Source of the DNA: Bdellovibrionales bacterium
GTDB lineage: Bacteria > Bdellovibrionota > Bdellovibrionia > Bdellovibrionales > UBA1609
Length of the DNA: 64,000 nt
Reading direction: 5' to 3'
Assembly: GCA_965200875.1 (NCBI GenBank)
Contig: OZ241456.1
Span: forward strand, 672,001 to 736,000
Made by a program: the position numbers and the translations under genes. How positions within the stretch are numbered: position 1 is the first letter of the stretch; the number at the start of each line of letters is the position of its first letter. This document shows positions 30,065 to 40,392 of this stretch, piece after piece. The notes under the pieces are model-generated. The model searched no databases and was not told where the DNA came from. It was given only the letters and a program-made list of their open reading frames with translations.

Positions 30065-30544
30065 ATGAGCAATAATCACAAACCCTTAAATTGGATAAAA
30101 GAAAATCTTATTTTCCTTCCTGTCTCTGGGCCTGACTTAAAAGGTAAGCTTGTGGGTGATCATATCCTGCCCTTCCCGGAAAAAATAATTTGTTTCGCTT
30201 TAAACCCCTGATGGTTCTGTAAACAAAAATATTTTTTGAGGTATAGCCGAAAAATCTCAAAAAGTCTTTTATTCTCATGGATATTTGGCCAAAGAATAAG
30301 CTCCTTGAATTATCAATGGGTTGATGTGAATGATATAAAAATTGCAGATAAAAGTATTTTAGAAAATAAAAAATTAAGGATCATAGTTGCTAATGATGCA
30401 ATTTGTTCGCAGAAGTCAACAGGCTATACACTTCTGGATAGAGGTTCAGCTTGGGATAGTATAGACGGGGCTGTTTGTGCTGTCTTAGGTACGAAATATT
30501 TTATTGACCATAGGCAAAGAGGATTTTACGGGATTGTAGTTTAA
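30065..30544 (+). pseudogene. Phage terminase large-subunit remnant (N- and C-termini only)
   Basis: WIKENL...G...LPF.EKII, SRKISKS (RKNGKS-like Walker A) and C-terminal IDGAVCAVL; in-frame stop near 30209. Confidence 0.55.
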
Positions 30545-30717
30545 TAAATGGTTGAGTATTCCTATTATTACAACCTTCTTTTTTATTCACTTGTTTAAAT
30601 AATAAACAGGTAAGTGTTTCATTTTGAGAAGATAAGCAGAAAAATAAATATTCTTTACCTAGATTTTATGAGTCCGGGAAATAAGCATGTATTCTGAATG
30701 AAATAAAGGAGACAAAT

Positions 30718-31359
30718 ATGAAAATACTTTTATTAATGACACTCATTCCACTTTTTGCCGGTTTTAGTGTCTCGGCTTTTGGTTTTGGAGCTATGGGGTC
30801 ACACGGAACTGCGAAACAAAGAGCTACCGAAAGAAGGTCACGACAAGAATCCAACAGAAGGTTTTTCAATGCACAAAGGGAACAAAGACAAAGGGAACAA
30901 AGGGCAAAAGAAGCCAACAGAAGGGCACAACAAGCTAATTTAAGTGCTATAGCTAAAGAAGTAGAGCAATGGAAAAGTGACTATTTACGGGTAAAGGCAG
31001 AAAATAATCATCTAGAAGCACAAAACAGTAAATTAAAGGTAAAGTTAGAAGAGTATTATATAAAACAAAACAGTAAATTAAAACAGAATGGTAAAGTAGG
31101 AAGCCAAGGAAATACCTGCGATGAGAAGCTTTATCGAGCAGAAAAGGCATGCTTTGGTTTAGTTAATAGGAATATTTCCATGTGTAGAGGGTTTACTGAT
31201 TGGCTGGTTAGGAACAAACGCAGCCACAGCGAAATCGTAGGTACGATCAAACATAAAATCCCAGATGAATATAAAAACCGAGGCGAATTTTTAAAAGATT
31301 ATAATCCGCAAGATTATAATCCGACAACAACATTCAGAGCGTCCAAGTCTGTAAGGTGA
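30718..31359 (+). CDS. Secreted coiled-coil hypothetical protein
   Basis: SD AAGGAG, signal peptide, Q/R/E-rich helix. Confidence 0.75.
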   Translation: MKILLLMTLIPLFAGFSVSAFGFGAMGSHGTAKQRATERRSRQESNRRFFNAQREQRQREQRAKEANRRAQQANLSAIAKEVEQWKSDYLRVKAENNHLEAQNSKLKVKLEEYYIKQNSKLKQNGKVGSQGNTCDEKLYRAEKACFGLVNRNISMCRGFTDWLVRNKRSHSEIVGTIKHKIPDEYKNRGEFLKDYNPQDYNPTTTFRASKSVR

Positions 31360-31649
31360 TTTAAAAATGGAAATAATATTGTCAGGAATAATACTAATAT
31401 TTTTTGTTTGTTTCCTGATCAGCAAATCAATGAAGTAATAAGAAAATACAGAGCCAAGTTTCATATTTAATCCTTAGTAAAAAAAATAACTTTATGGCTT
31501 TGTTAAGCGGTGGTCATTTTGGCCACCGACTTTTTTTTATGATTCCCTTTATTCTTTCATGTAAAGATTTCACAGTGCTATTTTTTCATTAGTGGTTTTT
31601 CATAAACACCTGTATTATTCAAAGAAACTGAATAAAAAGGAGATAACTA

Positions 31650-32251
31650 ATGAGATTGATAATTGCTTTACTTTTTTTAAGTTTAGGGGCTTTGAGCTAT
31701 GGCCAGAATGTGGCTAAGTCTACATGTAATATTGATAATTATGTCTTTTACATAAATAAGCCCGGAAATCATAGGTGCGATTTGCGCTATGCGGATTTTA
31801 GCGAGGTGAATTTGATTGGAGCGAATTTTAGCGGGGCGAATTTGCATAAGGCGAATTTGCGAGAGGCGAATTTGTATGGGGCGAATTTAAGTGGGGCGAA
31901 TTGTATGGGGCGAATTTAAGTGGGGCGAATTTGTACAGAGCGGATTTGCGAGGCGCGGTTTTGATCGGAGCAAATTTGTCCGATGCGTTTTTGTACGAAG
32001 CGGATTTGTCATTTGTGCATTTTTTTATGTGGCATTTTAGAAGGACGGATTTGAGTATGGCGAATTTGAGTAATGCGGATTTGACTGGGGCGAATTTGAG
32101 TAATGCGGATTTGTATGAGGCGAATTTGTATGGGGCGAATTTGCATAAGGCGGATTTGTCCGGCGCGGATTTGAGCTATACGAAAATTGATCCGGAATGG
32201 GCTTTTTATTTAACTTCACAAGGTATATATGGATTTCTTATTGTAAGATAA
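31650..32251 (+). pseudogene. Secreted pentapeptide-repeat protein, frameshifted near 31901
   Basis: Signal peptide and A(N/D)L repeats over two ORFs; 30-nt unit duplicated with one T missing. Confidence 0.85.
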
Positions 32252-32308
32252 TAAAGACTATTCATAATATTTCCTATTATTGAGAGAAAACCTGTTACAT
32301 TAGTTAAA

Positions 32309-32346
32309 AAAAAGCCTGTCTATCTCAGACGGGCTTTTTCGTTTTT
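32309..32346 (+). terminator. Rho-independent terminator (cassette 3' module)
   Basis: AGCCTGTCT-ATCTC-AGACGGGCT-TTTT. Confidence 0.85.
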
Positions 32347-32361
32347 AGGAAAATAGAGGCA

Positions 32362-32444
32362 TTTTTGGGCAGTTATTCTCCGGGGGAAACCGTGACCCAC
32401 CCTCCGCGATGTATGATGCCCCCCTTTTCTTTATGATTCCCTTT
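32362..32444 (+). repeat. GC-rich element, inverted homolog of 34616-34690
   Basis: TTTTGGGC..GGGGGAAA..GTG.ACCC.CC...CGCGAT.TA.....CCCC....TTATGATTCCCTTT shared. Confidence 0.7.
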
Positions 32445-32480
32445 TAAACTGACGATAGGTAAGTAAAAAAGGAGTATTTT

Positions 32481-33191
32481 ATGAAAGCTATAATTGTTTT
32501 ATTGTTTTTGAGCTTATGTTTTTTAGGTTGTAAAAAGAAAGATAGTGGTTCAAGTGGTTCAACCACCGCAGGTACTGACGCGGGCGCAGGAGCAACCACC
32601 GCCGGTGCTGAAGCTGGAGCAGGAGCAACCACCGCGGGAGCAACCACCGCCGGTGCAGGTGTTAACCCTAACACTGATTCAAGTCCAAATCCACAACCTG
32701 GCACATTTGTAGAGGTCTGCGATAGGACAAAAATAGTTAAAGATAAAATACTAATAACTGCTGATAAGCCTGATTGTGAATCTGTTACAAAAGATGACTT
32801 AAAAAAAATAACTAGATTAGACCTTCACAAAGTGAATATAGTCACATTAAAGCTAGGAGACTTTAGTGGTCTGACTTTTTTAGAAAACCTTTATTTAGGT
32901 GAAAATCAATTAATTTCCTTACCTGAAGGTGTTTTTGACGGACTGACTTCTTTAAAAAGCCTTCATTTATGGGGGAATAGATTAAACAGCTTACCAAAAG
33001 GTGTTTTTAAAGACCTGACTGCTTTGCAGTATATGGCTTTATATGAAAATCAATTAACTTCCTTACCTGAAGGTGTTTTTGATGGACTGACTTCTTTATC
33101 GAGACTTATTCTAGGAAGTAATCAGTTCCCCGATGAGGAGGTAGCTCGTATTAAAGCTGAGTATGATAATATTCCTTATCTAATCTTTTGA
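32481..33191 (+). CDS. Leucine-rich-repeat lipoprotein
   Basis: Lipobox FLGC, A/G/T linker, 24-aa LRRs LxLxxNQLxSLPEGVFDGLT. Confidence 0.92.
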   Translation: MKAIIVLLFLSLCFLGCKKKDSGSSGSTTAGTDAGAGATTAGAEAGAGATTAGATTAGAGVNPNTDSSPNPQPGTFVEVCDRTKIVKDKILITADKPDCESVTKDDLKKITRLDLHKVNIVTLKLGDFSGLTFLENLYLGENQLISLPEGVFDGLTSLKSLHLWGNRLNSLPKGVFKDLTALQYMALYENQLTSLPEGVFDGLTSLSRLILGSNQFPDEEVARIKAEYDNIPYLIF

Positions 33192-33227
33192 TTAACTTGT
33201 TTGATTCTCATAATTCCTGTTGTTGTG

Positions 33228-33266
33228 AAAAGCCTGGCCCATATCCTGTCGGGCTTTTTCGTTTTT
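33228..33266 (+). terminator. Rho-independent terminator (cassette 3' module)
   Basis: AGCCTGGC...GTCGGGCT-TTTTCGTTTTT. Confidence 0.75.
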
Positions 33267-33391
33267 AGGAAATAGAGGTGTTATAATTCCCTTTATATTT
33301 TCGTGTAAAGATTACACAGGGTTATTTTTTATTTAGTATTTTTCATAAAACTATGTATATTATTCAGCGAAACAAAAAAAGGAGGTCACTA

Positions 33392-33868
33392 ATGAAATTA
33401 ATAATTACTTTACTATTTTTAAGCTTAGGAGCTTTGAGCTATGGCCAGAATGAGGCTGAATGTAATATTGATAATTATAAAGACTATATCTATACGCCCG
33501 GAAATCATCAGTGCGATTTGGAAGGGGCATTTTTGTTCAGAATGAATTTGAGAGGGGCAAATTTGTACAATGCGTATTTGCAAAGAGTGAATTTGTACAG
33601 AGCGAATTTGAGTAATGCGGATTTGCGTATTGCAAATTTGAGTAATGCGGGTTTGTGGGCGACGGATTTGACTGGGGCGGATTTTACCGGGGCGAATTTG
33701 TATGGGGCGAATTTGCGTAGTGCGAATTTGCGTAATGCGATTTTTACTGGGGCGAATTTGAGCAATGCGAATTTTACCAATGCGAAGGTTGATCCGGATT
33801 TGGGTGCTTATTTAACCTCACAAGGTATAAGTGGGTTTGTTGTTGTTGAAAATGAAGGAGATAAATAA
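33392..33868 (+). CDS. Secreted pentapeptide-repeat protein
   Basis: SD GGAGGT, signal peptide, CNIDNY...HQCDL cap, A(N/D)(L/F) repeats. Confidence 0.92.
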   Translation: MKLIITLLFLSLGALSYGQNEAECNIDNYKDYIYTPGNHQCDLEGAFLFRMNLRGANLYNAYLQRVNLYRANLSNADLRIANLSNAGLWATDLTGADFTGANLYGANLRSANLRNAIFTGANLSNANFTNAKVDPDLGAYLTSQGISGFVVVENEGDK

Positions 33869-34503
33869 TGAGATTGATAATTACTTTACTGTTTTTAAGC
33901 ATAGGAGCTTTGAGCTATGGCCAGAATGAGGCTGAGACTACCTGTAATATTGATAATTATCGAGACTATATCTATACGCCCGGAGTGCATAATTGTCATT
34001 TGGGCATGGCGAATTTAACCTGGGAGGATTTTTTTCAGGCGAATTTACGAGGGGCGTATTTGTTTCATGCTTATTTGAGAGCGGCGAATTTTACCGGCGC
34101 GGATTTGAGAGAGGCAAATTTTATCGTTGCGGATTTGATCGATGTGAATTTTACCGGCGCGGATTTGAGAGGCACGAAGTTGAAATGGGCGAATTTATAT
34201 ATGGCTGATTTAGAGAAGGCGAATTTGAGCGGAGCTAATTTGTACAATGCGAATTTGTATAAGGCGTATTTGCGAGAGGCGAATTTGGACGGGGCGGATT
34301 TGAGAGGTGCGAATTTTGGTAGGGCAAATTTAAGTATGGCTGATTTTGCTAAAGCGGATTTGAGAGGGGCGAATTTGACCTATGCTGATTTGACTAAGGT
34401 GAATATGACCGATGCGAAAGTTGATCCTATCATGGCAACTTATTTAACCTCACAAGGTATAAGTGGTTTTGTTGTTGTTGAAAATGAGGAAAAAGAAGAA
34501 TAA
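33868..34503 (+). CDS. Secreted pentapeptide-repeat protein
   Basis: Same N- and C-caps as neighbours, longer repeat region. Confidence 0.92.
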   Translation: MRLIITLLFLSIGALSYGQNEAETTCNIDNYRDYIYTPGVHNCHLGMANLTWEDFFQANLRGAYLFHAYLRAANFTGADLREANFIVADLIDVNFTGADLRGTKLKWANLYMADLEKANLSGANLYNANLYKAYLREANLDGADLRGANFGRANLSMADFAKADLRGANLTYADLTKVNMTDAKVDPIMATYLTSQGISGFVVVENEEKEE

Positions 34504-34531
34504 ACATTTTTTACTGCTTATCAGGCAGTAG

Positions 34532-34550
34532 AATTTCTACTATTGTAGAT
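34532..34550 (+). other. Solitary Cas12a/Cas12a2-type repeat handle
   Basis: Exact AATTTCTACTATTGTAGAT; single copy. Confidence 0.5.
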
Positions 34551-34575
34551 TTTCATATAATCTCTTTTTGTTGCG

Positions 34576-34612
34576 AAAAGCCTGTCTATCTCAGACGGTT
34601 TTTTTCGTTTTT
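34576..34612 (+). terminator. Rho-independent terminator (cassette 3' module)
   Basis: Near-identical to 32309-32346. Confidence 0.8.
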
Positions 34613-34615
34613 AGG

Positions 34616-34690
34616 AAAGGGAATCATAAGCAACCGGGGTCGGTTGTATATCGCGAAAGGGGGGTGCACATTTTCCCCCCAGCCCAAAAC
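34616..34690 (-). repeat. Inverted homolog of 32362-32444
   Basis: Reverse complement aligns block by block with 32362-32444. Confidence 0.7.
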
Positions 34691-34895
34691 TGGCTTCATG
34701 TTGTTTTACAGGATCAGAATGATTTTTTTGAATGAATATCAAAAACTTGTTTTAAGTAAACTAAACTCCGAAGTTTCTCAGGAATTAAAAGAAGCTTTTA
34801 TTGTTTTAAGAAAAGTCTGTGAACAGGACTAAGCATATACAACAAAATTCGTTGTCCAAGAAAATGGTCTTGGGTAAGGCTTTGAAAGGGTAGGA

Positions 34896-34973
34896 GATAG
34901 TGTAAAGTGTGTACTTTTTTACAATAGTGTAAAGTGTGTACTTTTTTTACAATAGTGTAAAGTTTTCACTATC
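34896..34973. repeat. 27/28-bp tandem repeat ending in a palindrome
   Basis: ATAGTGTAAAGTGTGTAC(T6/T7)ACA twice, then ATAGTGTAAAGTTTTCACTAT. Confidence 0.9.
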
Positions 34974-35110
34974 TTTAAAAAATTATTGCAAACACATTTA
35001 AAGTTCTTTATTTATAAGCTTGCACAGTAAGATTCCTGTTTTCAAGGGACTGAAAAAACAACAACTTGGCTTTTCATCTGGAATTTTAACAAAAAAATCA
35101 GGAGGATTGT

Positions 35111-36016
35111 ATGAAAAAATTAATGTATTATTTGATGGTGGTTTTTGTTCCGCTGTTACCACTTTCGGGTTATGCCCATGTACCTACAAAGCCAAGTGAT
35201 CATACGGATAGCCACATTTCACCACTTTCAGGTTATGCCCATGTACCTACAAAGCCAAGTGATCATACGGATAGCCACAAGATAAATAATTTTTCTCTTG
35301 GTCCTCAGGAGATTTTGGCAATGGAAGAGCAAGCCTCTCAGATAAAAGTCGGTCTTGAGCATTTAGGTGCAGGTGACATTCAGAGGATGTTTATTCTCCC
35401 CACAAAAGAGAGTGTGCCATCAGAATCATCTGAAAGTGAGGGGATGGTTCGTGTGGCTTTTTTGGATACATCGAAGAAATGTTTTGTGTATGACAGCATG
35501 ACCAAAGAGATGGTTCTTTGTGATGAGGAAGATACAGTTTTGGTGAGGGATTCAGAAGAGGTTTTAGCGAGTTCTCTTTCTTCGTATGCTCCTGTTGATT
35601 CTTCTTTTATTCCAAGGGGATATTTACAAACGGCTGGCTTGGGAGATTTTATATGTGCTTATGAAACCGAGATAAAAATAGGAGTAACAGCAGGGGTAGT
35701 AGGAGCAATAATAGGAGGATTAATAGGAGCAACAGGACCAATGTTGATAGGAATGGCAGGAGCATTAGGAATAGCAGGAATGATAATAATACCAGAAGAA
35801 GAAATAGGAAAATCGTTAGTAACATTAATAGCAACATCATTAGCAACAGCAGGAGTAGCAGTAGGAGCAGGAGTATTAGCACAAGGATCAGTATTGGCAA
35901 AAGGAGTATTAGTAACAGCATCAACGGCAACATCAATAGGGGTAGCGACAGGAGTAATGATATGGGTGAACTCACACCTCATGTATTCTATGTTTTGTTC
36001 CGAAGAGAAAGGTTAA
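35111..36016 (+). CDS. Secreted protein with Gly/Ala-rich hydrophobic (glycine-zipper-like) C-terminus
   Basis: SD AGGAGG, signal peptide, 63-bp internal duplication 35158-35279. Confidence 0.8.
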   Translation: MKKLMYYLMVVFVPLLPLSGYAHVPTKPSDHTDSHISPLSGYAHVPTKPSDHTDSHKINNFSLGPQEILAMEEQASQIKVGLEHLGAGDIQRMFILPTKESVPSESSESEGMVRVAFLDTSKKCFVYDSMTKEMVLCDEEDTVLVRDSEEVLASSLSSYAPVDSSFIPRGYLQTAGLGDFICAYETEIKIGVTAGVVGAIIGGLIGATGPMLIGMAGALGIAGMIIIPEEEIGKSLVTLIATSLATAGVAVGAGVLAQGSVLAKGVLVTASTATSIGVATGVMIWVNSHLMYSMFCSEEKG

Positions 36017-36064
36017 TTTAATCAATGTATGTGACAATGTTCTAAAAATTGGTTAAAAAAAAGT

Positions 36065-36850
36065 ATGGGGAAACAGTGGAAAACAGCCGGAAAAGAAGTT
36101 CAAGCCAGTAAGAAAGGGGCTTTATTTACAAAGCTTTCCAGGGAAATTCAGGTAGCGGTTCGATTGGCAGGTCCTCACCCTGAAAATAATTCCCGTCTGA
36201 AATTGGCTTTGGAAATGGCTCGCTCTCATTCTTTGCCAAAGGAAACAATAAAAAGAGCTATCAGTAAAGGTTCAGGACAAAAATCAGACAATCAAATTGA
36301 GGAAGTGATTTATGAGGGTTTTGGCCCTCATGGAGTGGCGATGATTGTAATCTGTTTGACAGATAACAAAATTCGCACTGTTTCGGAGATTCGCTATTTA
36401 TTTAAAAAGCAACAGGGAAGTATGGAAGAAAGTGGTTCGGTTATGTGGATGTTTGATAAAGTGGCTTTGGTTCGGGCCCGCAAAAAGAAAAAAAACTTTT
36501 CTCAAGAAGAAAAAGATAAGAAATTATCTCCCACTGCCCTTTCGTTTCATTTAAATAATAAGAAGGAGCAGGTGAGTGTGGAAGAGGAGGCTATTTTAGC
36601 GGGTGCAGAGGATATGGAGCAGGAAGGTGATATATATATTTTTTACGGGAAACAGGAAGAGTTGAGCACTTTGCGGAAAAATCTGATAAAACAAGAATGG
36701 GAAATCATAAAAGCCGAACAAGCCTACAAGGCTAAAGCCCAAATAACTTTACACGAGGAGCAAAGGCAGGATTTACAGGATTTATTAAAAGCTTTTAATG
36801 AAAACCCTGATTGTAAAGCGGTTTATACCAATTTAAATAGTGGCCGGTGA
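36065..36850 (+). CDS. yebC: YebC/PmpR-family protein
   Basis: FTKLSREI, NSRLKLA, YEGFGPHGVA, TDNKIRT. Confidence 0.93.
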   Translation: MGKQWKTAGKEVQASKKGALFTKLSREIQVAVRLAGPHPENNSRLKLALEMARSHSLPKETIKRAISKGSGQKSDNQIEEVIYEGFGPHGVAMIVICLTDNKIRTVSEIRYLFKKQQGSMEESGSVMWMFDKVALVRARKKKKNFSQEEKDKKLSPTALSFHLNNKKEQVSVEEEAILAGAEDMEQEGDIYIFYGKQEELSTLRKNLIKQEWEIIKAEQAYKAKAQITLHEEQRQDLQDLLKAFNENPDCKAVYTNLNSGR

Positions 36851-36981
36851 AAACCCAGATTTGGCTATATTATTTCCGCCTCTCCCTTTTTTTATATGTG
36901 AATACTGGAAAACTCAATCCGGTTGGGTATAATGATGAATCGTGAAGTATGAAATTCTGAAAAATTTAAACAGGAATTAAA

Positions 36982-39900
36982 ATGAAAAAAAAGAAAATAG
37001 TGGACGAAATTTATTACCAAAACAAGTGGAATATGGAAAAGACATATTCTTATAATCTGTCTGAAAAAAAAGAAAATCCTTTTATCATTGATACTCCTCC
37101 TCCTACTATCTCCGGTTCTTTACATATTGGCCATGTATTTAGTTACACTCAAACAGATATTCTGGCGCGATTTCAACGGATGAATGGCAAAAATGTGTTT
37201 TATCCTATGGGTTGGGATAACAACGGCTTGCCCACAGAAAGAAGGGTGCAAAATCTTTATAAAATCACTTGTGATCCTTTTCTTTCCAAAACAAATGATC
37301 CAAATTTTGAAGAAATTTTAAGTCGATCCCATATAGTAGCTGATAAACCTTCCAAACATAAATATATGAGAGAAGACAAGCAAACATCAGGCAATTTTGG
37401 CCAGCGGATTGCAAGGCAAAAGCAAAAAAAGAAGATATCTCACTTTAAACCGGTTTCCAGAGAGGCTTTTATTCGTGTTTGTTCCCGGCAAACAAAGCAG
37501 GATCAAAAACGATATGAAGCACTTTGGCGAAAACTGGCTTTGTCTGTAGATTGGAGTCAGACTTATGAAACTATCGATTCTAAAGCTCAATTTATTTCCC
37601 AAAGATCTTTCTTGGATTTATATCAAAAAGGTTTTGTGGAAAATCGTTATACTCCTGTGTTTTGGGACACTCAATTTCAAACTGCTGTGGCTCAAGCGGA
37701 TATGGAAGATCGACAGAAAACTGGATTTTACCATGATATAAAATTTAAAATGCGGGATGAGGAGGAGGAGTTTGTGATTTCCACCACCCGACCTGAGCTT
37801 TTGCCGTCTTGTGTAGCGGTGACAGCTCATCCTGAAGATGAACGCTATAAAAGATTTTTCCATAAACAAGCTGTAACTCCTTTGTTTTCCTCAGTCGTAC
37901 CGGTTTTGCCGTCTCTTCACGCGGATCCGGAAAAAGGAACAGGTATTTTGATGGTGTGTACTTTTGGAGATATGGATGATGTGTTGTTTTGGGAAAAACA
38001 CAAGCTGGTGCTTAAGCAGATTATTGGTTCGGATGGTTTTTTGAAGGATATTCATTTTCGTGTTGGAGCTTTTGGAAAAAAAACATCAAATCAAACTTCT
38101 GTTAAAATAAATGAGCATTCAGATGAATCCAGAGCTTTTGAAAATGTGTCCTTGGATTTTACTTTACAGGCAAACAAAGGTTCAAGTGGAGAAACACTTT
38201 TAAGTCTCTATCCTGAACAAGCTCATAAATATTACAGAGAATTAAAAGGTCTTCGTGTGCAACAAGCCCGGAAAAAAATTGTAGAGATACTGAAGGAAAC
38301 AAAATACTTGATGTCGGAACCAAAGCCTACAGAGCAATTTGTGAAATTTTATGAAAAAGGAGATTTTCCCTTGGAGCTAATACCTACCCGCCAGTGGTAT
38401 ATAAAAATATTGGATTATAAAAAAGAGTTGTTGGAACAGGGGAGAAAAGTATCTTGGCATCCTGCTTCCATGTTGAAGAGATACGAACAATGGGTGGAGG
38501 GTTTGAATCAGGATTGGTGTATTTCCAGACAAAGGTTTTTTGGTGTGCCTTTTCCAGTTTGGTATTCTTTGGATAAAAACAAATTGCCGGATTATAATAA
38601 CCCTATTTTACCTTCAGTAAAGTTATTGGATAGCTTAATAAGTCGTACTGGAGGAGGTTCATCATTGAGTATAGACCCTGTGTCCTCCGCACCAGCAGAT
38701 TGGAATCCTGAGTGGGCACATTACACAGAGGATCAAAGAGGGCAGGTGGAAGGGTTTATCGCGGAGACGGCTGTGATGGATACATGGGCCACCTCTTCTC
38801 TTACGCCTCAAATTAACAGTCAATGGGGAATTAATAAAGAAAGACATAAAAAACTTTTTCCCGCTGATTTGCGTCCGCAGGCACATGAGATTATCCGTAC
38901 TTGGGCTTTTTACACAATCGTGAAATCTTTTTTTCACGATTCTTCTGGCAAGATATCTGGGAATATATCAGAGGCAAGTGTACTTCGGACAAAGGTTGCA
39001 AATATCCCTTGGAAGAACATTGCTGTCAGTGGGTGGGTTATGGATCCGGAAAGATTAAAAATAAGCAAATCAAAAAAAAGAAAAGATATGCTTTCCCCTG
39101 AGGAGTTGATAGAGGAATACTCTGCGGATGCTCTTCGTTATTGGGCGGGAAGAGCGCGATTGGGTATGGATACTGTTTTTGATGAGAATATGTTTAAAAC
39201 TGGAAAAAAACTAATAGTAAAACTAAACAATGCTTTTAAATTTGTTCAGATTCAAATAAAAGGCCGTGATGATTTTTTCGCGAAAAATTCTTTTGAACCC
39301 TTTGAAGCTTTATCTATATTTTTTTCTGCAAATACTTTTCCTGGGTTTGAAAAATCTTTATCTGGTGTATCTCATCCAGTGGATCAGGCCTGGCTTATTT
39401 ACCTATTGGACACTCACTGTAAAGCCACTGTTTTCTTAAAAGAGTTTCATTATTCCAAAGCTCTGGACATCATTGAAAAAAGCTTTTGGCTTTTTTGCGA
39501 CAATTATCTGGAACTGGTGAAGGGCAGAGCTTATAGGTTTGCACACTTATTGAATTTTGACTTAAAAGCAGATGCACCAAGAGAGGGAATAAGAAAATCA
39601 GATCAAACCAATTTGCTGAAAAATACTTACCGGGCCAACTCGGCAGTTTGTGCTTTGGATATCAGTATGTATTTGTTTGTTAAAATGTTTGCGCCATATA
39701 TGCCTTATATAACAGAGCATATATGGTCTCAAAGATACGCGAAAAAAAGTGATAATCAATTTCCATCGGAAAATAAAGTAAGTAAGATTGAAGACAGTCA
39801 GGCTTTCGAATCATCTGTCTTTCAGAAAAAACAAGGTGATAGGGTTTCCTCCGTACATCTGTCTTCTTGGGGGGATATGGGATTAATGATTCAGATTTTG

Positions 39901-40371
39901 CAAAAAGAGTTTGAAAACTCCATACAAGCTGTAAGCCAGCAGAAGGAGGAAAAAGAGCTTAAAAAGTTGTCATTAACCGGAAACAATTTGAAAAAGAGTG
40001 CTTTCAAAAAAACAACATTGTCAGCCAGTAAACCAGAAACGGAAACTTCTCTTGAGAGTGATATAAAAAAAACCATTAACTCAATCCAGTTGTTGTTTTT
40101 TTGTTTTGATTTGCTCGAACAAATCAGAAATAGCAAATCAGCACTAAACAAAAGCCTTTCCACTCCAGTAAAACAACTTAAAATCAAAATGCGAGAGGCA
40201 GACAAAATCCTGTTTAATGTGTGTAAAGAGGATATTGCTTATAGTTCTCATGCTCGGCCAGAAAATATTTTTACAGAAAGCACGGCAGGCCCGGGAGATC
40301 CGGCAGGCCCGGGAGATCCGGGAGACCCGGCAGATACAGCCCTAAAAGTGTTTGTTACTTTAGAAGAATGA
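36982..40371 (+). CDS. valS: Valyl-tRNA synthetase (archaeal-like type) with many insertions
   Basis: [51 protein letters not shown]. Confidence 0.96.
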   Translation: MKKKKIVDEIYYQNKWNMEKTYSYNLSEKKENPFIIDTPPPTISGSLHIGHVFSYTQTDILARFQRMNGKNVFYPMGWDNNGLPTERRVQNLYKITCDPFLSKTNDPNFEEILSRSHIVADKPSKHKYMREDKQTSGNFGQRIARQKQKKKISHFKPVSREAFIRVCSRQTKQDQKRYEALWRKLALSVDWSQTYETIDSKAQFISQRSFLDLYQKGFVENRYTPVFWDTQFQTAVAQADMEDRQKTGFYHDIKFKMRDEEEEFVISTTRPELLPSCVAVTAHPEDERYKRFFHKQAVTPLFSSVVPVLPSLHADPEKGTGILMVCTFGDMDDVLFWEKHKLVLKQIIGSDGFLKDIHFRVGAFGKKTSNQTSVKINEHSDESRAFENVSLDFTLQANKGSSGETLLSLYPEQAHKYYRELKGLRVQQARKKIVEILKETKYLMSEPKPTEQFVKFYEKGDFPLELIPTRQWYIKILDYKKELLEQGRKVSWHPASMLKRYEQWVEGLNQDWCISRQRFFGVPFPVWYSLDKNKLPDYNNPILPSVKLLDSLISRTGGGSSLSIDPVSSAPADWNPEWAHYTEDQRGQVEGFIAETAVMDTWATSSLTPQINSQWGINKERHKKLFPADLRPQAHEIIRTWAFYTIVKSFFHDSSGKISGNISEASVLRTKVANIPWKNIAVSGWVMDPERLKISKSKKRKDMLSPEELIEEYSADALRYWAGRARLGMDTVFDENMFKTGKKLIVKLNNAFKFVQIQIKGRDDFFAKNSFEPFEALSIFFSANTFPGFEKSLSGVSHPVDQAWLIYLLDTHCKATVFLKEFHYSKALDIIEKSFWLFCDNYLELVKGRAYRFAHLLNFDLKADAPREGIRKSDQTNLLKNTYRANSAVCALDISMYLFVKMFAPYMPYITEHIWSQRYAKKSDNQFPSENKVSKIEDSQAFESSVFQKKQGDRVSSVHLSSWGDMGLMIQILQKEFENSIQAVSQQKEEKELKKLSLTGNNLKKSAFKKTTLSASKPETETSLESDIKKTINSIQLLFFCFDLLEQIRNSKSALNKSLSTPVKQLKIKMREADKILFNVCKEDIAYSSHARPENIFTESTAGPGDPAGPGDPGDPADTALKVFVTLEE

Positions 40372-40392
40372 CTGAGGTTTCAGACGACATAA

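Noticed and set aside
32380..32415. Phage cos-like GC-rich motif
   Set aside because: Only an impression; no HNH or small terminase gene adjacent
31500..34700. Integron attC array
   Set aside because: No integrase and no RYYYAAC/GTTRRRY core sites; the repeats are terminators and promoter-like modules
35649..35982. Poly-Leu and other antisense ORFs (also 28499, 32444, 33508)
   Set aside because: Shadows of biased or repetitive sense-strand codons
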